Positions 60,399 through 64,000 of a stretch of 64,000 nt of DNA are shown in pieces. Numbering within the stretch: the first letter of the stretch is position 1; the number at the start of each line of letters is the position of its first letter. Origin of the DNA: Macrostomum hystrix (taxonomy: Eukaryota; Animalia; Platyhelminthes). The notes beneath the pieces are model-generated. The model saw only the letters and a list, made by a program, of their open reading frames with translations. It was not told the origin of the DNA and did no database searches. A program made the translations under genes and the position numbers. The stretch spans positions 3,286,001-3,350,000 of the forward strand of contig CATNEN010000007.1 of NCBI GenBank assembly GCA_950097015.1, in the 5' to 3' direction.

Positions 60399-63300
60399 AT
60401 GCCCGTCGGTGCCAACAAAAAAGGAAAAGGAACGGGTGGAAAGGGGGGAAAGAAGAAAGGTGCATCAGATGTAAGTCATTAAGAGCTTTGCTTATTACAA
60501 TTGGATGTTGGGTTGGGCTATGTGTTTTTAGCAAGAATAAAATTTCAATAAATACTATTTTTAGCTTTAAGTAAATGTATATGTTCATAACATCATCTGT
60601 ATCAAGTTAACAGTTTATTGTTTTTTAAAAATGATGAACATTATACAACATTTTTTCACCATTTAATTACATCAGTGAAATACTGAAATCTGATCATAAT
60701 TCTATATAACATATAGTATTTATAGTTACATTATAATAGTTATTCTAATACAAAATAGTATCATATAGTGTATTAAGTTTATAGTATAGTATACTAATGT
60801 ACCATAGATATGTTCTTTACTGAAAGTATTGAGTGAATGAAAACTTTTTTAACTAGCACTATTAGGAAAACTCTTTTTTTCCTAGACGGGCTTCATACGA
60901 GCTAGAACTTCGTTTCCGACAATAAATTCATAGCGATTTTTTTCTGCGTTAGTTCAGTCTTTCATCTCTAACTGATGCCACGCATCCATGTATAGTTATA
61001 TACAAGTTGTACTTATGCTTTGCTTTGTGTTACAAATATTATAAATAAACAGAACAAACCTGCGCATCATTCTCCACCAGGGCCTGTCAGTGGATCCAGT
61101 GAAGCTGATGAAGCAGGTCCTGGCTGAGTATGAGCTGAAGTGCGCAGAGTTGGTTAGCGGAGTCTGCCCCAGCGTCCGGCTGGCCATGCGAGAGTGCATC
61201 GAGCAAGAGAAGCTGCTGTCTAAGGTTGGTTTAGCTATATTACTTGTATTTTGATCAATAAGATATCAGGCCAGCAGCCCCTTGTAAATATTCGGCCACA
61301 ATACAATAACACCCAATGGTAAATATTTTTTCATTTCATAAAAAAAACTCGGTCAGTTCATCGTGTGCCCGCGCGATCGCAGCGAGTATGTGAAATGGGC
61401 AGACGAGGATCTCATCGCCATGTTCGGCCCACCGGAGGCGCAGAAAACGCCGGAGAAGAAAAAGAAGCCGACTTCGGCCGGCTCCGGACGGTCGCGCTCT
61501 CGCAGCCAGTCGCGCCGGCGCGCCCAGAAGAAAGGCGAGCCGGCCAGCGGCCAGGTACTGATTGATCGATTTGTGAAGAAGGAGCCGCCGCCGGCGGAGC
61601 CTCGCCCCCTAGTCCGGGTGCGGCCACTCATGGAGGCCTTGCGGGCCAAGCGATACACCGGAATTGCTGCGCTCTACGTGTGGGACATTTGCCTGGACCT
61701 CATGGAGCTCAACTCCATTGTGAGTTGGGGCCGGACAGATGGACGGACAGATATTGGGAACTGGGAGACAGACAGACACCCAGAAATGAAATTTAGACAC
61801 CCAGAACTAACAGTCAGACTTCTAGAGCTGACAGACAGACACCTAGAACTGACAGTCAGACACCTAGAACTGACAGTCAGACACCTAGAACTGACAGTCA
61901 GACATCTAGAACTGACAGTCAGACACCTAGAACTGACAGTCAGACACCTAGAACTGACAATCAGACACCTAGAACTGACAGACCTAACACAATCACGACT
62001 CCCCGTTGTCCCCAGTCGAGCCTCATCGGCAAGGGCTTCTACAACCTCACCAAGCTGGAGCTGCTGGACTGTCTGCTGCAGCCGGACACGCTGCGAACGT
62101 TTGGCGACTCGACCCGGGCCTGCCGCACCCTCACTGAGATTGTGCTGGACTTTAATGAGTAAGTGCGGATGTGATTTCTTGCCCATTTTAACAAGTCCGT
62201 TATAACAAATATTTTCTCTTAAAAATTCAGATTCTCAGATGAGGGATGCAAAGAACTCTGCCTTGGCTTAATTGGCAATAAATACTTAAAGACACTCAGC
62301 TTGTGCTACTGCGATCTCACCTACCTCAGCGGGAAATGCCTGGGTACTTTGGTGTCTCAGTCGGCTGTAGTGTAAGTCGCATTTTCATTGCCCTTCAACT
62401 TGCCTTTTTAGCAATTTTTTTACGAACGACTTTTCATATTAATCACCATAAAATTCACGGACAGTGACCTCTTTCTTGACGGCAACGAATTGGAAGCTGA
62501 GGGAGTCATCTATCTGGTGGATGCTCTCGCCGACTACGCTGAAGACGAGGCCAAGCGACGAGAAGAGGAAGCTCAGCGCAAGCTTCAGGAGGCCGCCGAG
62601 AAAGCCCTGCAGAGTGAGCCGCCCGGGTTGGGAATTAAATGATTTTATAAATAGTTTTCAGGCTAGCTTGTTTTTTTCAAGGTCTTTCTTGCCCCTGATT
62701 GGCTGGAATCCCTGGCCTAAGTATGGGTTCTTTTTTCAGACCTGTATCTAGCCGCTGATTGGCTGGCACTTATGCGCCACCTAGCGCTTTCTTTTCTGTG
62801 CTCTATCTAGCCGCTGATTGGCTGGAATCCCCGGCATGGGCGCATATTGTTTTCTGAGCCCGATCTAGCCTCTGATTGGCTGGCACCCTTCTCGTAAAGT
62901 AGGGCATTCACTTGACTATTATAACCTGCTGATTGACTAACCCTGGCGTATTTATTAGTCTGGATTAAGGGTAGCCTTATTTAGCCGCAAACATTCTGAC
63001 ACCCTGCCAGGAATTGGTTTGTTACCAGTCCTTATCTTGTCCCCCAATTAGCTGGTAGCCTATTGTTTTCATCAGACTGGAATAAATTAGCCCTGTTTTC
63101 CCGAGAGGCATTGAGGTTTTTCTAACTGGATTATTCGCTGGCTAAACTGCTAGATAGCCACTCATGCCTAAAACAAACAAAATTGCTTCTATTAAAGAAT
63201 AAGGGGACTAACCATGCAACAAATAATATATTCTTGCACTTTCAGCCACAAAGAATCCTTACCACTACGAAACATCCAGGCGTAGCATTGGCAGTGCGAG

Positions 63301-63706
63301 TTTTATCTGTTTTAATTTCATGTTTTGTTTATCATTTTCAGTTATTTTTGTTTTATTCCTTTCAACAAATAAGTTTTTTATTAGATTTTTTGCCGGACGT
63401 GTCTAAAAGTCAGCTGGAACTCCTTTACTAAAAATATTTTAGTTTTTGCAACTTGAAGTTATGCAAAAGTTATGCACGCCAGGAATTTTCAAAGATTTTT
63501 CTTTCATGCTACTGCAAGTAGCAATAAACTAATTAATTGGTCCATTGTTCAATGAATGCCTTAAAAACCGTTTTCAGGCGCCTCAGAGGCGAAGCCCGAT
63601 TCCGCTGCGTCATCCAAGAAGGGCGGCAAAAAGGGCGGCAAAAAGGGCGGCAAAAAGGGCGGCAAAAAGGGCGGAAAGAAGGGCGGAAAGAAGAAAGGAA
63701 AGAGAG
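60399..63706 (+). CDS. RNI-like leucine-rich-repeat protein with Lys/Gly-rich segments, 3' end beyond window
   Basis: Exons: 60399-60470 (MPVGANKKGKGTGGKGGKKKGASD), 61081-61224, 61357-61719, 62016-62158, 62231-62371, 62465-62613, 63578-63706. Phases are consistent. LRR-like units LTKLELLDC, LTEIVLDFNEFSDEG, LKTLSLCYCDL, DLFLDGNELEAEG. No ortholog recognised. Confidence 0.8.
61790..61985. repeat. 21-bp minisatellite (CTAGAACTGACAGTCAGACAC)
   Basis: Explains the RHLELTV ORF segment; intronic. Confidence 0.92.
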
Positions 63707-63819
63707 GTGAGTGAGGCGTTTCCTGGGTGTTTTTTTACTTTCTCGGAATGCTTGATTCGTAAAATTCTCGCCAACCTGGACGATTCAAATCTGATAATCC
63801 CGAATTCCTTATTTGAGTC

Positions 63820-64000
63820 CTGACACCCTGAAATTCCCGACATCCTGAAAGTCCCGACACTCTAAAAACCCTGACACCCTGAAATTCCTGACACCCTGAA
63901 AGTCCTGACACTCTAAAAAACCTGACACCCTGAAAGTCCTGAGACCCTGAAAACCCTGACACCCTGAAAGTCCCGAGACCCTGAAAGTCATGACACTCTA
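63820..64000. repeat. ~17-18-bp degenerate repeat (CTGACACCCTGAAAGTC)
   Basis: Runs to the window end. Confidence 0.85.

Overview
Eukaryotic (metazoan) genomic DNA with short GC-rich exons and introns packed with minisatellites. This style resembles a free-living flatworm such as Macrostomum, but that is an inference. Five protein-coding genes can be assembled by hand with GT-AG introns in consistent phase: a supervillin (minus, 13 exons seen, runs off the window start), an intronless BCL11-type/C2H2 zinc-finger gene (plus), an STK11IP-like LRR gene (plus, first exon not found), a jitterbug/FLN-2-type filamin with 3 CH domains and 10 Ig repeats (minus, complete, 1354 aa), and an RNI-like LRR gene (plus, runs off the window end). 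Mobile DNA comprises a young Ty3/Gypsy LTR element with an in-frame loss of the integrase core, a head-to-tail pair of non-autonomous Helitrons carrying satellite arrays, tRNA-derived SINE remnants and a probable Merlin transposase fragment. The most striking signal is a 336-bp unit in a filamin intron, bounded by 62-bp direct repeats. In it a minimal type I hammerhead ribozyme sits where the anticodon loop would be in a tRNA-like Pol III cassette (A box, hammerhead, B box, T6 terminator). All coordinates were read by eye; nothing was computed or searched.
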